A stretch of 63,965 nt of DNA, the filler included, from Blastocystis sp. subtype 4 (taxonomy: Eukaryota), in assembly GCF_000743755.1 (NCBI RefSeq). It is 9 parts of 9 records of this genome, joined end to end, with 100 filler letters (N's around TTAATTAATTAA, not from the genome) between each part and the next. Parts side by side here need not be neighbours in the genome. Positions count along the whole stretch, not along the records: positions 37,955 to 45,170 come from NW_014569143.1; positions 45,271 to 52,291 come from NW_014569142.1; 7 more parts are not named here. One strand, written 5' to 3'. Below the pieces are notes generated by a model. It did no database searches, had not been told where the DNA came from, and worked only from the letters and a program-made list of their open reading frames with translations. Made by a program: the position numbers and the translations under genes. Positions 38,438 to 50,255 of this stretch are shown here, piece by piece (position 1 is the first letter of the stretch; each line of letters starts with the position of its first letter).

Positions 38438-39394
38438 ATGAATCTAATTCATTATTGCTTGTTTATCAACTGTGTGTTCCTCTTTCTCTTATCTATCCCC
38501 AAGAGGTCTATCATGACTGAGTCTATTCCTCATCGTAGCAATTCAATATCTCATGGAAACCAACTGTTGGCATGTAAGTATCTTCGACAATACAGAAACG
38601 GTAAGATGAGTCGTGGATGTCAATTCAACACAACAGATACCATTCTATTCATAGTGAACTTTCATTACTTCAACTATACACCTGTTCATTTCATTGAACA
38701 TCGTTATTTCATTGAGTTTTCTAAACGGTTCAAGTATTCAGTTGATTTGATCTTTGTTGGAGCTGTGGAGAGTGAGGCAATTGGTGTATATGGAACAGGT
38801 GTTCCAATAATGGGATTCTATTCTTATCGATCATACATAAATGCATATGATCTATTCAATTCGAGACAAGGATTCAACTATTATGGATTCATGTTCCTTA
38901 ATGATGATAGTTGTCTCAATCCATGGGTTCTCAATACATTACCATTCAATGTGAGCTATTATGAGAGAAAAGGAGAATTATATGAATCCAATCGTTGGAA
39001 ATTCACCTCATATAAGAACACTTTTGGAATTACAAACTTTGAAGCAGTAACATTGGCACTTGAAGAACTGAACAGATATGATGTTCATAGTGGTCCTTAT
39101 CATGTTACTACTCAACCCTATTGGGGACGAGGAGATTTCTTTTATGTGTACAGAAGACATTCTCAGTTTGTTCGGGATATCCTTCAAACGATGTATGAAT
39201 ACAGAGTGTTTCTAGAGATAGCTGTACCAACAGCTGTGGCCATGGTTAATGGAAGTGGTATCCCAAACTGTAATCATATTGGACGACTATTCGTTCGTAC
39301 ATGTGCTCATATTCATCCAACCAAGTTTAGTAATATGTTAATGAGACAGAAATGTATCAATCGAATCATCAATTCCACATTCTATTGGGACTAA
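38438..39394 (+). CDS. Intronless STELLO/DUF288-like putative glycosyltransferase (type II membrane)
   Basis: N-terminal anchor; GFMFLNDD..LNPW, DFFYV, VFLEIAVPT, HP.K motifs like the STELLO C-terminal half. Confidence 0.65.
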   Translation: MNLIHYCLFINCVFLFLLSIPKRSIMTESIPHRSNSISHGNQLLACKYLRQYRNGKMSRGCQFNTTDTILFIVNFHYFNYTPVHFIEHRYFIEFSKRFKYSVDLIFVGAVESEAIGVYGTGVPIMGFYSYRSYINAYDLFNSRQGFNYYGFMFLNDDSCLNPWVLNTLPFNVSYYERKGELYESNRWKFTSYKNTFGITNFEAVTLALEELNRYDVHSGPYHVTTQPYWGRGDFFYVYRRHSQFVRDILQTMYEYRVFLEIAVPTAVAMVNGSGIPNCNHIGRLFVRTCAHIHPTKFSNMLMRQKCINRIINSTFYWD

Positions 39395-39434
39395 TGATAA
39401 TCTATGATTATGAGTTTGTTGAAACAAACTGAAT

Positions 39435-40519
39435 AACCAAATCTCACTGTTACATTCTCTCTACAAGCTCCAATCCATCCACGAAGGATATAGAATGGAA
39501 TATTCCCTTGAAATGCTCCTGAGATTGTTGTATAGGAGCTTCTCCATGTTCCAACCAGACTCGAACAGAGAGAAAGAGCAATCATATCTACAAAAGCATC
39601 TGAATATACAGTCTTGTTTGTAGATCCTTCAGTATGTTTGGCTACAGTAGATGACACAATGTAGTTCTTCCATTGACTGGAATTGGAGTAGTATTCCTTA
39701 GCAATTGGTGAATCTGATGCAACATATGAATGATTCCCTTCCAGATGAAACTTCTTGGCACACTGAGCAAATCGAGGAATATCATCTTCATAAAGAAAGA
39801 AACTATTATCTTGAAATCCTCTATGACGGCCAATCCGAATGTGCATTCCATTCACAGACTGTCCATTATCCAAAGGAAGACGTCTTCGAGCTTCTTTCAG
39901 AATGCTTGGATTGATACGAAATCGATGAAGAATTGAGGATAGATAGAAGAATCCATTGACTTCAGAAGTTGCTGAAGAGTTGTAGTTTGTCAATAATCCC
40001 TTTTCCTTGAGAATCCTTCGATTCTCCTCATTACATAGAATCCATTGGAATAGAGGACAATGAGTTTTGATGATGATCTTCTTGGATCGGAATATGTTTG
40101 ATAATGATGTATTTCGTAATTGAATTGACATTTCACCATAATCCTTGAAACAACTAGTGGAGTATTCACTCAACTTATCCTTTTTGTCTTTCTTCACTAA
40201 CTGATTCTTGTAATCATAGAGATCGAATAGATCCTCAAACTTGTACTTGGATTCCACTAACTCATTATTGAATACAATCCTTACATGTCAACTTGGCATC
40301 AAGAATACTGGCAATTGTATAAGCACTCACTAATCCATAGAGATTATTTCCTAGTCCTCCAGAATAGTGAAAGAACTTAACTTCGCGATCATACAAACGA
40401 GGAGATAAGGAGAAATCAACACGATAGAGAGTGAGATTCACCATAGCATTCAATCCATAACTAATGAATAGAACATAAAAGAAAACAGAAACAAAATAGA
40501 ATAGAGAACGAAATCTCAT
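39435..40519 (-). CDS. Fucosyltransferase-like protein (alpha-1,2/alpha-1,6/O-FucT superfamily); stop probably completed by poly(A)
   Basis: GGLGNNLYG, GMHIRIG, YVASDS, AFVDMIALSLCSSLVGTWRSSY (GDP-fucose motifs I-III); one intron. Confidence 0.75.
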
Positions 40520-40537
40520 ATTAATACTGTTTCATTC

Positions 40538-40545
40538 AACAAACA
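40538..40545 (-). terminator. TGTTTGTT polyadenylation motif (predicted cleavage at 40550)
   Basis: AACAAACA on +; same geometry. Confidence 0.8.
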
Positions 40546-40549
40546 GGAG

Positions 40550-41759
40550 AATGGATCTTCTGGATTGTCTTCCTTAGTTGTTGTGTGTAATAACTATGAT
40601 TTGAATACAAGGAGGGTTTTCCATTTCTCAATCCTCTTCTGAAATGAGCAATTCGTAGATATATTGGATCAGCATAAGCATTCAATCTTGATTGAATGGT
40701 ATCATGAATACGAACTAATCCATCAAAGATATCAAAGATGATCAGTTTCTCTCTCCTTGTTTCCTTGAATGTGTATCGATATGGATAAACATCAAACTGA
40801 GTTCCATTTCCTAATACTTCTTCTCGATTCTTTTCATCTCCATCTTTGTCAGAAGCATATTGAGAAGGAATCTGGATTGATGACACATTCTTATTCCTAT
40901 AGATGTGAGTAGCACTGAAAAGATCGAAAGGATACTTCTCACTGAAAACGAATTCATCAAAGTCACAGAATAGAATGGATTTGAATTGATAACGATAGAA
41001 ATAGAAACAATGATTGACTTGAACTTCTTGATTGCTGTGAATGATCAAACCATGAATACCATTGCGTGGCCAATTGAATTGTTTCAGAATCAGAAATCCA
41101 TTCTCAATAATGTGTTTGAATTCAGTATAGAAGGATGGATTCACATCTGTTACATACACAATAATGTGATCAACTCGTAACATGAGGAAGAATGCAAACC
41201 AGTTCCTCATTTCATTGATAGAGTTTTGTTTCGCAGCATATACACACACTGCCATATTCTGTTTGACAGGAGGAACTGCTCGAACACACACTTTGATTCC
41301 TGGATACACATGCTTCAAGTGATTGTCGATGAGATCAACTCGAATGACACTATTCCAGAGTGATTGTTTTTCATGGATCACAAATCGGATATGATTGTGT
41401 TGAGCTTGAGGAATGAATGGCCTTGAGTTGAAGTATTGCTTCCCTTGATACACAAGAGTATAGTTGACATGAGTGTGATTGGAGCAATCTTTCAAATGCC
41501 ACACATTGATGAATCCCTCAATGATAAGAGTGTTGTGTTCAACCACACCAAACAAATCAATGATTTGTTCCTCTTCAATTCCATTTGTCAAGGTCATAAA
41601 GTAATCAGTAGTATCTTGACAGAATTGAGAGAAGATGGTTGTTCTTTTCAAGAACAATTTATCTTGGGATAGTTGATTCTGAGTTGAAAGAGAATGTTTC
41701 TTCCAATAAAGAGAGATACTGAGATAGAGGATATAGAGAATTAACAATCTCCTAAACAT
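40550..41759 (-). CDS. Glycosyltransferase family 92-like, intronless; stop completed by poly(A)
   Basis: TM anchor, AVCVY..EMRNWFAF, QEVQVNHCFY, FCDFDEFV, IAHFR. Confidence 0.75.
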
Positions 41760-41842
41760 CAAAAGAATGACTGTTCAATGGATTCAGTAATACAAACAAA
41801 CAGAAAGATGGATCATTCTCACTTTGAAATCAAAAATGAGAT

Positions 41843-43096
41843 TCAATGGAGTAGTCGAATTGCTTGTTGAAGTGATCTTGTGAAGATGAATGAATAGTTG
41901 TTGTAAACAGGATGTCCTTTTCTTGGTTTTCGTTTGAAATGAGCAATTCGGATTACATCTTCAGATGCCAAGATTGTGTTCATTGAGTGTCTCATATCAT
42001 GAACTCGAAGAAGACCATTGAAACAATCCTTAATAGCAATCTTTGTTCTTCCTGATTCTCTGATAGATAATCGATAAGGATATGCTTCAAACTGAGTTCC
42101 ATTTGAGAAGTGTTCATTACGATACAGAGTTGTGAGATTCTCATCTACATGGAATTGAGATGGAATCTAGATCAAAGAAAGAAACCAATTGATTACAGCA
42201 AAGGCAATAATACCCAATTGATCATAGTAGTTGACAGCCAATTGAAGATTGAAGGGATAGGTCATACTGTACACATACTCATCAATATCACAGAGAATCA
42301 TCCACTTCACACGATGTCGATTTGTGTAGAAACACATGTTTATCTGAGCTTGTTGGTTGCTATGAACCATCACACCATGAATTCCTCTTCTTGGCCACTG
42401 AAAGTTCTTCAGTTCTACAAGTCCCTTTTCAATACTATCATGAAGAGATTCTTCTAGTTCTGGATATGGTTCAGAAATGTAGAGAATAACCAATTCCACT
42501 CTTTGAAGAAATTGAAAAGCAATCCAAGACCGTATCTCATTCAATGGATCCATTCTAGCGATATATGCACAGGCAGCTAGATTCTTCTTCACAACAGTAT
42601 CTTTGATACAAAAGCGAACATTCTGATATACAACTCCAAACACATTATCTCGGATTGTGGCATATTGTATCTTACTGAGAGATTCATCATTCATAATGGG
42701 AACAGAGAAATCAAGATGAATATGTTGTGCTTCATTGTAACATGGTCTTGTATTCTCATACCATTTGGATTGATAGAGAAGGGAATAGTTGCCATGTGTC
42801 CGATTTCGATAATCATATAGATGATAGGTGTTGAGAAAGACAGTGATGAGAAGAGAATCATTGTTGTAATTGCCATAGATATCAATGAGATGAGGTTCAT
42901 TCTCCAAATCAGAGAGAGTCATCAAGTAATTCGTTGGATCTTTGCATGAGAATCTTGGAGATAGGAATATCAAATGGTGCTGAGAGTAGATACATGTTAG
43001 TTCATCTTGTACATATGAAAAGAATATCTAGGAATGAGATTGAATACAATTGAATACAGAAAGAATAAGAAAGCATGTGACGATAATGAATACCAT
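41843..43096 (-). CDS. Glycosyltransferase family 92-like, tandem paralog
   Basis: AACAY..EIRSWIAF, QQAQINMCFY, LCDIDEYV, IAHFK; two 30-nt introns. Confidence 0.75.
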
Positions 43097-43148
43097 TTTG
43101 AATAACCATTTTGAAACAAACAGTGAATTATCTGACTATGATTATGGA

Positions 43149-44203
43149 TTATTGATGTATCCACTTCACTTTGGATGGAATTGTTGGTACTGCAACGAAT
43201 CCCATTAGATTTGAGATTAGAAAACCAAAAGAACTGCCACGAGTGTATACAAGATAATCACTTTCGGTGATTAGTACAATATCCATTATTGCACATTCTA
43301 ATCCTCGAATTGAAACTGCTGCATGACCTCGAGAAGTACAATTCAGATAATGAACCTTTCTATTGGAATACTCTTGAACAATTCGATTAATCATGATGTC
43401 AGAATCTGAAGAAACGTAGAGTTCTGTTGTTGATGAGAGATTGATCAGTTGATTGTTGATCGTTGCTAGGATATCAGGCATACTTGAATCATCGAGAAAA
43501 ACAGTTCCCTCTTTAGTATTGGCCAATACTCCTCCAGTTCGAATCTGAACTCCCAATTGAAGTGTTTGCTTTCGATAAGGTGCTATTTGGTGAAGAATCC
43601 TTTTGTTAGGTCTGAATAGCCATCGAGACAATCGATTTCTAGCTTCAGTCCACATTTCATTGTCTTTCACTAAACCACTTCTTTTCAATACCATCCATCC
43701 CTTTAGACTAGTGAAGTGTTTTCGAGCATCATAATGACCTTTGATCACATATGTTCCATTTGTTATTCTTCCATCAAGAATATCATCATAGAACTGAATG
43801 ATATTGACATTTCTTGTTTCATTGTCTGTAAGTTCTGAATATGAGGAAACCAATATGCCTTACGACTACAAAGACATGACAGAGATTCATCCATTACTGA
43901 ACAATACTTATTCCATGTAGCTACAGATCAAAGACAAGAATAGGATTCACTAGTTACTGTGGCATTGAACATAAGAGCAAGTGTGATAAGGCCACGTAAT
44001 GCTCGAAAAGAGTTAGCAAATCCACCTTGTGGATGATATACAATGTGTAAGGGCCATGATGGATTGCAGATTGTATCATTAAGACTATATGGCACTCGAG
44101 TTGCCAAGATTACGGACTCAATTGGTTCTATCCAACATCCAAACACCAAACAAACAGTAATGAGAATGTTGGAAAGAAAGAATAGAATCATCAACCTAAT
44201 CAT
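43149..44203 (-). CDS. Fucosyltransferase-like protein, second copy
   Basis: GGFANSFRAL, GVQIRTG, LYVSSDS, AIMDIVLITESDYLVYTRGSSF; one intron. Confidence 0.75.
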
Positions 44204-44303
44204 TGTCCTAGGAAGAACAGAATAGGTAAGAAATGAATGTGTTTCGATAAAACAGAAACAAATGGTTTGACTGAGAGTGATAGTATTATTGTTTGTAAGT
44301 GAA

Positions 44304-45170
44304 ATGAAATCCTATTTGATTCTCATTCTCATCCTATTCATATTCACATTCATCTATCATATCCATTCTCAATTCAATAATCAATTCAAATGGATTCAAG
44401 ATATCGATTACTCTTCTTCTATCATTTCTAGAATCAGTATATCCTTCATTCTCCTTCTCCTCAATGTCAACAAATTCTCAATACAATTCCATTTCCTTAT
44501 CAAGTCTGTGGACAATGTGAATTGGAATTGGAGTTGAATCAGATCTATGGACAACCCTTTCATTTCCGACAATCCAATGAAACCAGTTATCCAATCATTC
44601 CTTAATGTGAATTGGAATTGGAATTGGAGTTGAATCAGATCTATGGACAACCCTTTCATTTCCGACAATCCAATGAAACCAGTTATCCAATCATTCCTTA
44701 CGGAATGGACTTGCATTATCTTCAGTTTCCTCAACTCAATGATTCATCAACACTTCGAGTATTGATTCTCATTCTTTCATCTGTATCTGAGATTCAACAT
44801 CGACAAATCATTCGATCTCGATTCAAACAAACAATGAAGATTCAATGGGATACATCTTCATTCTTGCTCGAAATGAATCTGTGGATCATCAGATTGAGAA
44901 AGAGAATCATTAATTCAAGGACATTCTTCAGGTTGATATCATTGATTCTTATCACAATCTCTCATTGACAGTTCTTTCAGCATTTCATTATCTATCTCGA
45001 TACACTCACATCTATTCAAAACAGATTCAGATTGTATCATCAATCTTCCTCGTCTCAATTCAATTGTTGAAGATTGAAAGGAGACTATGTTGGAGATTGT
45101 CGGAATGGAAGCACTTACAACTATCGGAATTCAAGTCGAAAGAACTATGTACCCAAATCACTGATAGGAA
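44304..45170 (+). pseudogene. Decayed GT31 (beta-1,3-galactosyltransferase-like) gene
   Basis: LILILSS..HRQIIRSR, EKENH*FKDILQVDIIDSYHNLSL, LFKTDSDCIINLPRL lie in different frames, with an in-frame TAA at ~44911 and an internal duplication. Confidence 0.7.
44514..44699 (+). repeat. Near-perfect tandem duplication (90 nt + 96 nt)
   Basis: AATGTGAATTGG...ATCATTCCTT repeated; the second copy has an extra GAATTG. Confidence 0.93.
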
Positions 45171-45270
45171 NNNNNNNNNNNNNNNNNNNNNNNNNNNNNN
45201 NNNNNNNNNNNNNNTTAATTAATTAANNNNNNNNNNNNNNNNNNNNNNNNNNNNNNNNNNNNNNNNNNNN
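45171..45270. other. Artificial contig linker
   Basis: N44-TTAATTAATTAA-N44. Confidence 0.98.
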
Positions 45271-45550
45271 ATGTAGTAATTGTACTGATTATCAATCGCG
45301 TGCAATGGAGATTCGATGTGGCTCAACCAAGAAGGCCAATGAGGACAAGAGATATGTTCATATGCTCAATTCAACACTCTGTGCTCTCACTCGTACTCTC
45401 TGTTGTATTCTGGAGAACTATCAGACAGAGGATGGTATTCAGATTCCTGACAAACTATCATCTTTGATGGGAGGAATTGATTTTATTCCTTTTACACGAG
45501 AACTTCCCAAATCGATGCTTCAAGCAAGAGAGGAACGACTAAAGAAGTAA
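45271..45550 (+). CDS. SARS: Cytosolic seryl-tRNA synthetase, C-terminal fragment
   Basis: CSNCTDYQSR..YVHMLNSTLCALTRTLCCILENYQTEDGI. Confidence 0.92.
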
Positions 45551-45575
45551 TATGTTTGATAAGAAACACAATTAA

Positions 45576-46906
45576 CTAGTATACTTTTCGAGAAAGGGAG
45601 GTGAAATAGTTGTTTCCCTGTAGGAGGGAATTACAATCTCTACAGACCGTAGATGAGGGAGGATTGATAAATCCACACTTACTACATCGAACCATTCGAT
45701 CAACAGTAATAGGAGAAAGGACTTCACTATCATCATCCAATGGAGTTCGTAACAACTGGTTACTTTGGGTTTTTTTCAATAACGTTACAATCTCATCATC
45801 ATCCATCTCATAAACAGGACGTGGAATATTTTTTCGTCTCCACAGAATGATGAAGATGATGATAGCAATGATCAATACAACTACTAATACCAAAAAAACT
45901 CTTTTGATCCATGGAGCACGTGCCTTCTCTACTAAAGCAGATTGAGTTGATGCAAACACTTCATCATCAAACCATCTTCAATCATACCCTTATTATCATT
46001 ATTGAAGGCATTGCACTGAACACGATAGTCAGCTTTCGTTGAAGGAACATCAAAACTCACAGATTGCTCATGAGAAGAATCATACAATTTGCTTTCAATT
46101 TTCAGACCTATCATTGTATTTCTATCTCAATTCATACCTTTATTGTTAAAAAGAAGGCAAAGGACAGGGATCTCCAGATTGGAATCAAGCGTCACTTCCA
46201 CCTGTTGATCCTTCATAACAGCAGTCTTAATACTAAATTCAGCATCAGTGGTTCTCACCACTTGATGAATCTCATTGGGGTCTTCTTTCATGTATCCACT
46301 TCTACTCAATCCAATGCATGTTGTATCATAAGATGTTGAAGGTGAGAGACCTGTTAACAGAATATAACGCGATTCTAAACATTATTCCCATCAACGAATT
46401 CTACCATGTACGAATTTGCCTAAAGAATTCATCTGAAGGTACTGCAAATTCATATTCTCACCGACTTTCCAGGCACCACACCAAACAGAAGCATCAGTGG
46501 TAACATTAACTCGCAACATGATTGTTACTGGCATTACTTTAGTGATCGTAAATGACAAAGATAAAGAAGAAACAGAGGTTGCCTTAGTTGGCTTGATCTT
46601 GGTTTGGAGAGGAGAACTTAAGACATCTCCGAAGGTAGAAATAGCATCTGATTTTTCATCTTCATTAGAAGTGTTATCATCATCATCATCAAGAACCACA
46701 TTTGCAGCAGGTGAAGTTGATTTTGGCTCCCATTGGGTTGGCTCTGTGGCTGCTTCAGTCATTGAGCTATCTGCTTGATCTGAGCTTCTTTGACTTCCTT
46801 CATTACGAATTGCATGTTTTCTTCTTGACACTGTATTTTCCGTTTGATCCACATTTTTACTATACACTAAACACAGCATACAGAATCTACAAAAGTTGGT
46901 TTTCAT
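45576..46906 (-). CDS. Type I membrane protein with cytosolic RanBP2-like zinc ribbon
   Basis: Signal-like N-terminus, beta-rich ectodomain, TM VFLVLVVVLIIAIIIFIILW-RRK, tail CSKCGFINPPSSTVCRDC. Confidence 0.65.
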
Positions 46907-47326
46907 GAGATGGATTAGATTTCCTTTTCCGGAGGACTAGAGATAAATTATTCTGCCACGTTACATACATTTCTTTGGTAGTTCTTCATCCTCTAGAATT
47001 ATTTCCCGTTTATTTTTCCGCTTTGGTTGTGTTCTATACAGCTCAGCATCTAAGTCAGTAATATCAACGAAGATAGAACATACTGTTATCTGTTCGCTTT
47101 AGTGATTTCGACCTAGTCGAATCGTCTACAATTGCTAATTCTGTATCCTATATATTGACCCCTTTTCAGTCAATAATATACATCCATAGATCTCTTCTTG
47201 GCCGATACTAATGACGAGCAGATAAGAACTAATTGAATCAGATTAAGTAGTCCAATCACGTACAAATAAGAACTATAATAAAATGACGCATATTGCAGTA
47301 TAGAAACAAACAATGTATGATTCACA

Positions 47327-50138
47327 TTAATCAGTAGCATCTGAATAGTCTGAGTAAGAGTATGAATAATCTGAATCACTCTCCTTTGATTCTTTCTTAG
47401 ACTCTTTGGATTCCTTTGCTACCTTTTCTTCCTTAGGTTTCTTTTCAACCTCATCAGAAGAATATGAATAATCCGAACCACCCTCTTCTTTCTTCTCCTT
47501 CTTTTCTTCCTTCTCTTTTTCTTCATCATCACTGTAAGAATAGGAATAATCCGAATACGAATAATCTGAGTAATCTGAGTATTCTTCTTCCTTGTCTTTC
47601 TTTGTGTCCTTCTTGGTATCCTTCTTTGTAGCACGAGCAGCACGTTCTTTTGCTCTTTCCTCTCTTTCCTTACGCTCCTTTTCTTCCTTCTCTTTTCGCT
47701 CAATAGCTTCAGGATCACGATTCTCTCCAGGTACAGGAGTCTCTGTCCATTCAGGAAGAGGAACATATCCCTTGAATGGAGTATTCAACTATTCAGTTAA
47801 TCCATTCATCATCACTCACAATCAGAGATAATGAACCAATGTAATACATACCCAAATGACATTCTGACAACTCCTAAGGATCATTCCGTGATCAATTATT
47901 TACCTCATTCGCACGATTCTCCACATTGAGTACACGCTGAAGAGCTTTTTCTACAGCAGCATTTCCTGAGGTCGTCAACTATACTGATACACTCCTCCTA
48001 TCCTTACAGCATGAATATTACGAGCCTGCACACGCACATCCACATCCACATCTCGACTGTTGAGATCCTGCGTATACTGCAACATCTTCTCCACAGTTAC
48101 ATTCTCAGGATCCACTGAATGAAGCTTCACAAGCAGGAGAAGCAATACCAGACGAGTTGATTTCGATGTCTCCATGTACTTCTTCAGAATCAATCGACAA
48201 CACTCCTCCGTCTGAGGAATTACAAGCTCACTGTGATGGAGCAAGAGACGCAACAGTCCATCATAGATAACAACATGATCATCTGTCATCACCAGCTTCA
48301 TGGTCCACAATAAGGCCTCCTTCTTAGCCTCATCATCCAGATTATCCAACAAACGATCCATACCCATCAGACAGGCATGAGCAATGGATGCATCATTCTG
48401 ACGCACCTCAAGAAGCTGAACAAACACACGCAAACACAAACGACTTGATTTTGGATTCTTCTGAACAATCACTAGCAATGTCTTCACCAGCATCACCACA
48501 ACATCAGAAGAAGGATGAACAGCGAAAGGCTGAAGAGAAGCAAGCACATCCTCAACCGTATCTTCTGATAGCAATCGACAGAGGATTCGTGTCTTAGTAT
48601 TTACAATGTACACAGGTTCTGAGATTCGAGGGAAGAAATCCTAGCAATCAGACAGTGTTCCAATAGGTTACCTTCACATAGGAAGCAAACATTGTTGGTT
48701 CTAGAGCTGATAGCTCATCGATTGTGTTCAATACTACATAACTGGAGTAATAATCACGATTCAATAACTGAACAAGTGTATAGACAGCATGATCAACCAT
48801 AATACATCCTGTAGGTGCCAAGTGAAGAATTAGACTTGCTGCTGCCATCACTACACTTGTGCTCATTGACATTAACAGACTATCAGCCACTGTTAACAAC
48901 TGAATAAGATCAGGATCAACACTTTGTTTCTTCTCTGACTCTTCCTTCTCTTCTGTTACCTCCTTCTTCTCTGGCTCCTTCTCTTCAGGTTTCTCCTCAC
49001 TCTCTGAATACGACTCACTCTCTGAATACGACTCACTGTTACCATAGAAGCCTACATCTCACTTGCTCCACATTCACTCACTATCCAACTTCGAGTTCTG
49101 AATCTTCAGCTTCGTTTGCTTCACAGGTGCCATGGCAGCCTTCATTGAAGGAGCCTCTTTAACCTCTTCAAAAGCACTTGCATCAGCGGCCGTTGGCTGA
49201 AGGAACTGAGTACGAGCATACTTCATCAACACAGTAAGAGCGACAGCTTGAGCACTGTCATCCATCAGAGGAAGCATATCGAGCATACGACGATAACAAC
49301 CATCCAATAAATCATAACGAGTAGGACAGATTTCACTGTAAGCAATAATTGCACTACTGAAGACAAGGGCATTAACTTCACGCAAAAGTGTCTTCAGAAT
49401 TGGAATCACATTCTCCTCTTGAGATGGATCATAGTGATAAAGTTTCAAAAGGGCATGAGCAGCTACCTTTCGGACAAATGGGACACTGTCCACAGCACAC
49501 TTCTGAACCGTCATCAATTGTACCTGCCAAATAATGGGTACACGAATGCTTGTCATCACACGCAGAGCTAGTGCACGGATTCTCTAACCATTTGAGAGGA
49601 AAAACAAGTTTACTGGATTCTTTCCATTTGTATCTTGTTGGAAGGTATTGACCGAGAGCATGGCGTTCTCTCGGCAACTTTCATTGTAGTCGCAGTAGTG
49701 AGTCAAGTATAGATAAACATAATGCTTCAACTCAACATTGGAAGCAATAACAAGCTTGACAACATCCGGGAAGAATTCAGAAACATCTACTCCCTTTGAA
49801 AGTTGCTACAGATAAAAATCAGGACCCACAACACTACCGCAATCAACCACTTCATAACACCAATTTTATCATCTTCCTTGTTACGTCCACTTCCCTTATT
49901 TAAAATTTCACGGACCTCTTCCACCTATCGCTCACAAAACACAGCATTCATATACAGAGCGATCTTCTTCAAAATAATGCTCCTCTCCATCTTGCAAAAA
50001 CTCTTCGTTAATGGCTGTGATGCTGTCAGACACAGCAGCAACTGTAGCATTCATACCCTTACTAACTCCGTTTCCAAAGGAGGACATGAACTTTCCAGCC
50101 ATGCTACCCACAGATCCCCACAGATTATTTGCGTTCAT
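47327..50138 (-). CDS. AP3B: AP-3 complex beta subunit (trunk plus acidic tail)
   Basis: KGVDVSEFFPDVVK, LKHYVYLYL, LSVNTFQ, RALALRVMTSIRVP, PFVRKVAAHAL, DVDVRVQAR, GYVPLPEW. Confidence 0.88.
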
Positions 50139-50255
50139 TTTGTTTCTGAGAAAAGGTTTGTGTCTTCTGGCGTTTCTGCGACAACTTTGGAGTTGGCGAA
50201 AAAAACCCAATTGTATCAAAACTTGTTCTAACAAACAGTTCTATTTCACGCAACA

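Noticed and set aside
44514..44699. Direct repeat as a possible CRISPR or LTR
   Set aside because: Two abutting copies with no spacer, inside a GT31 remnant; no cas or retroelement genes
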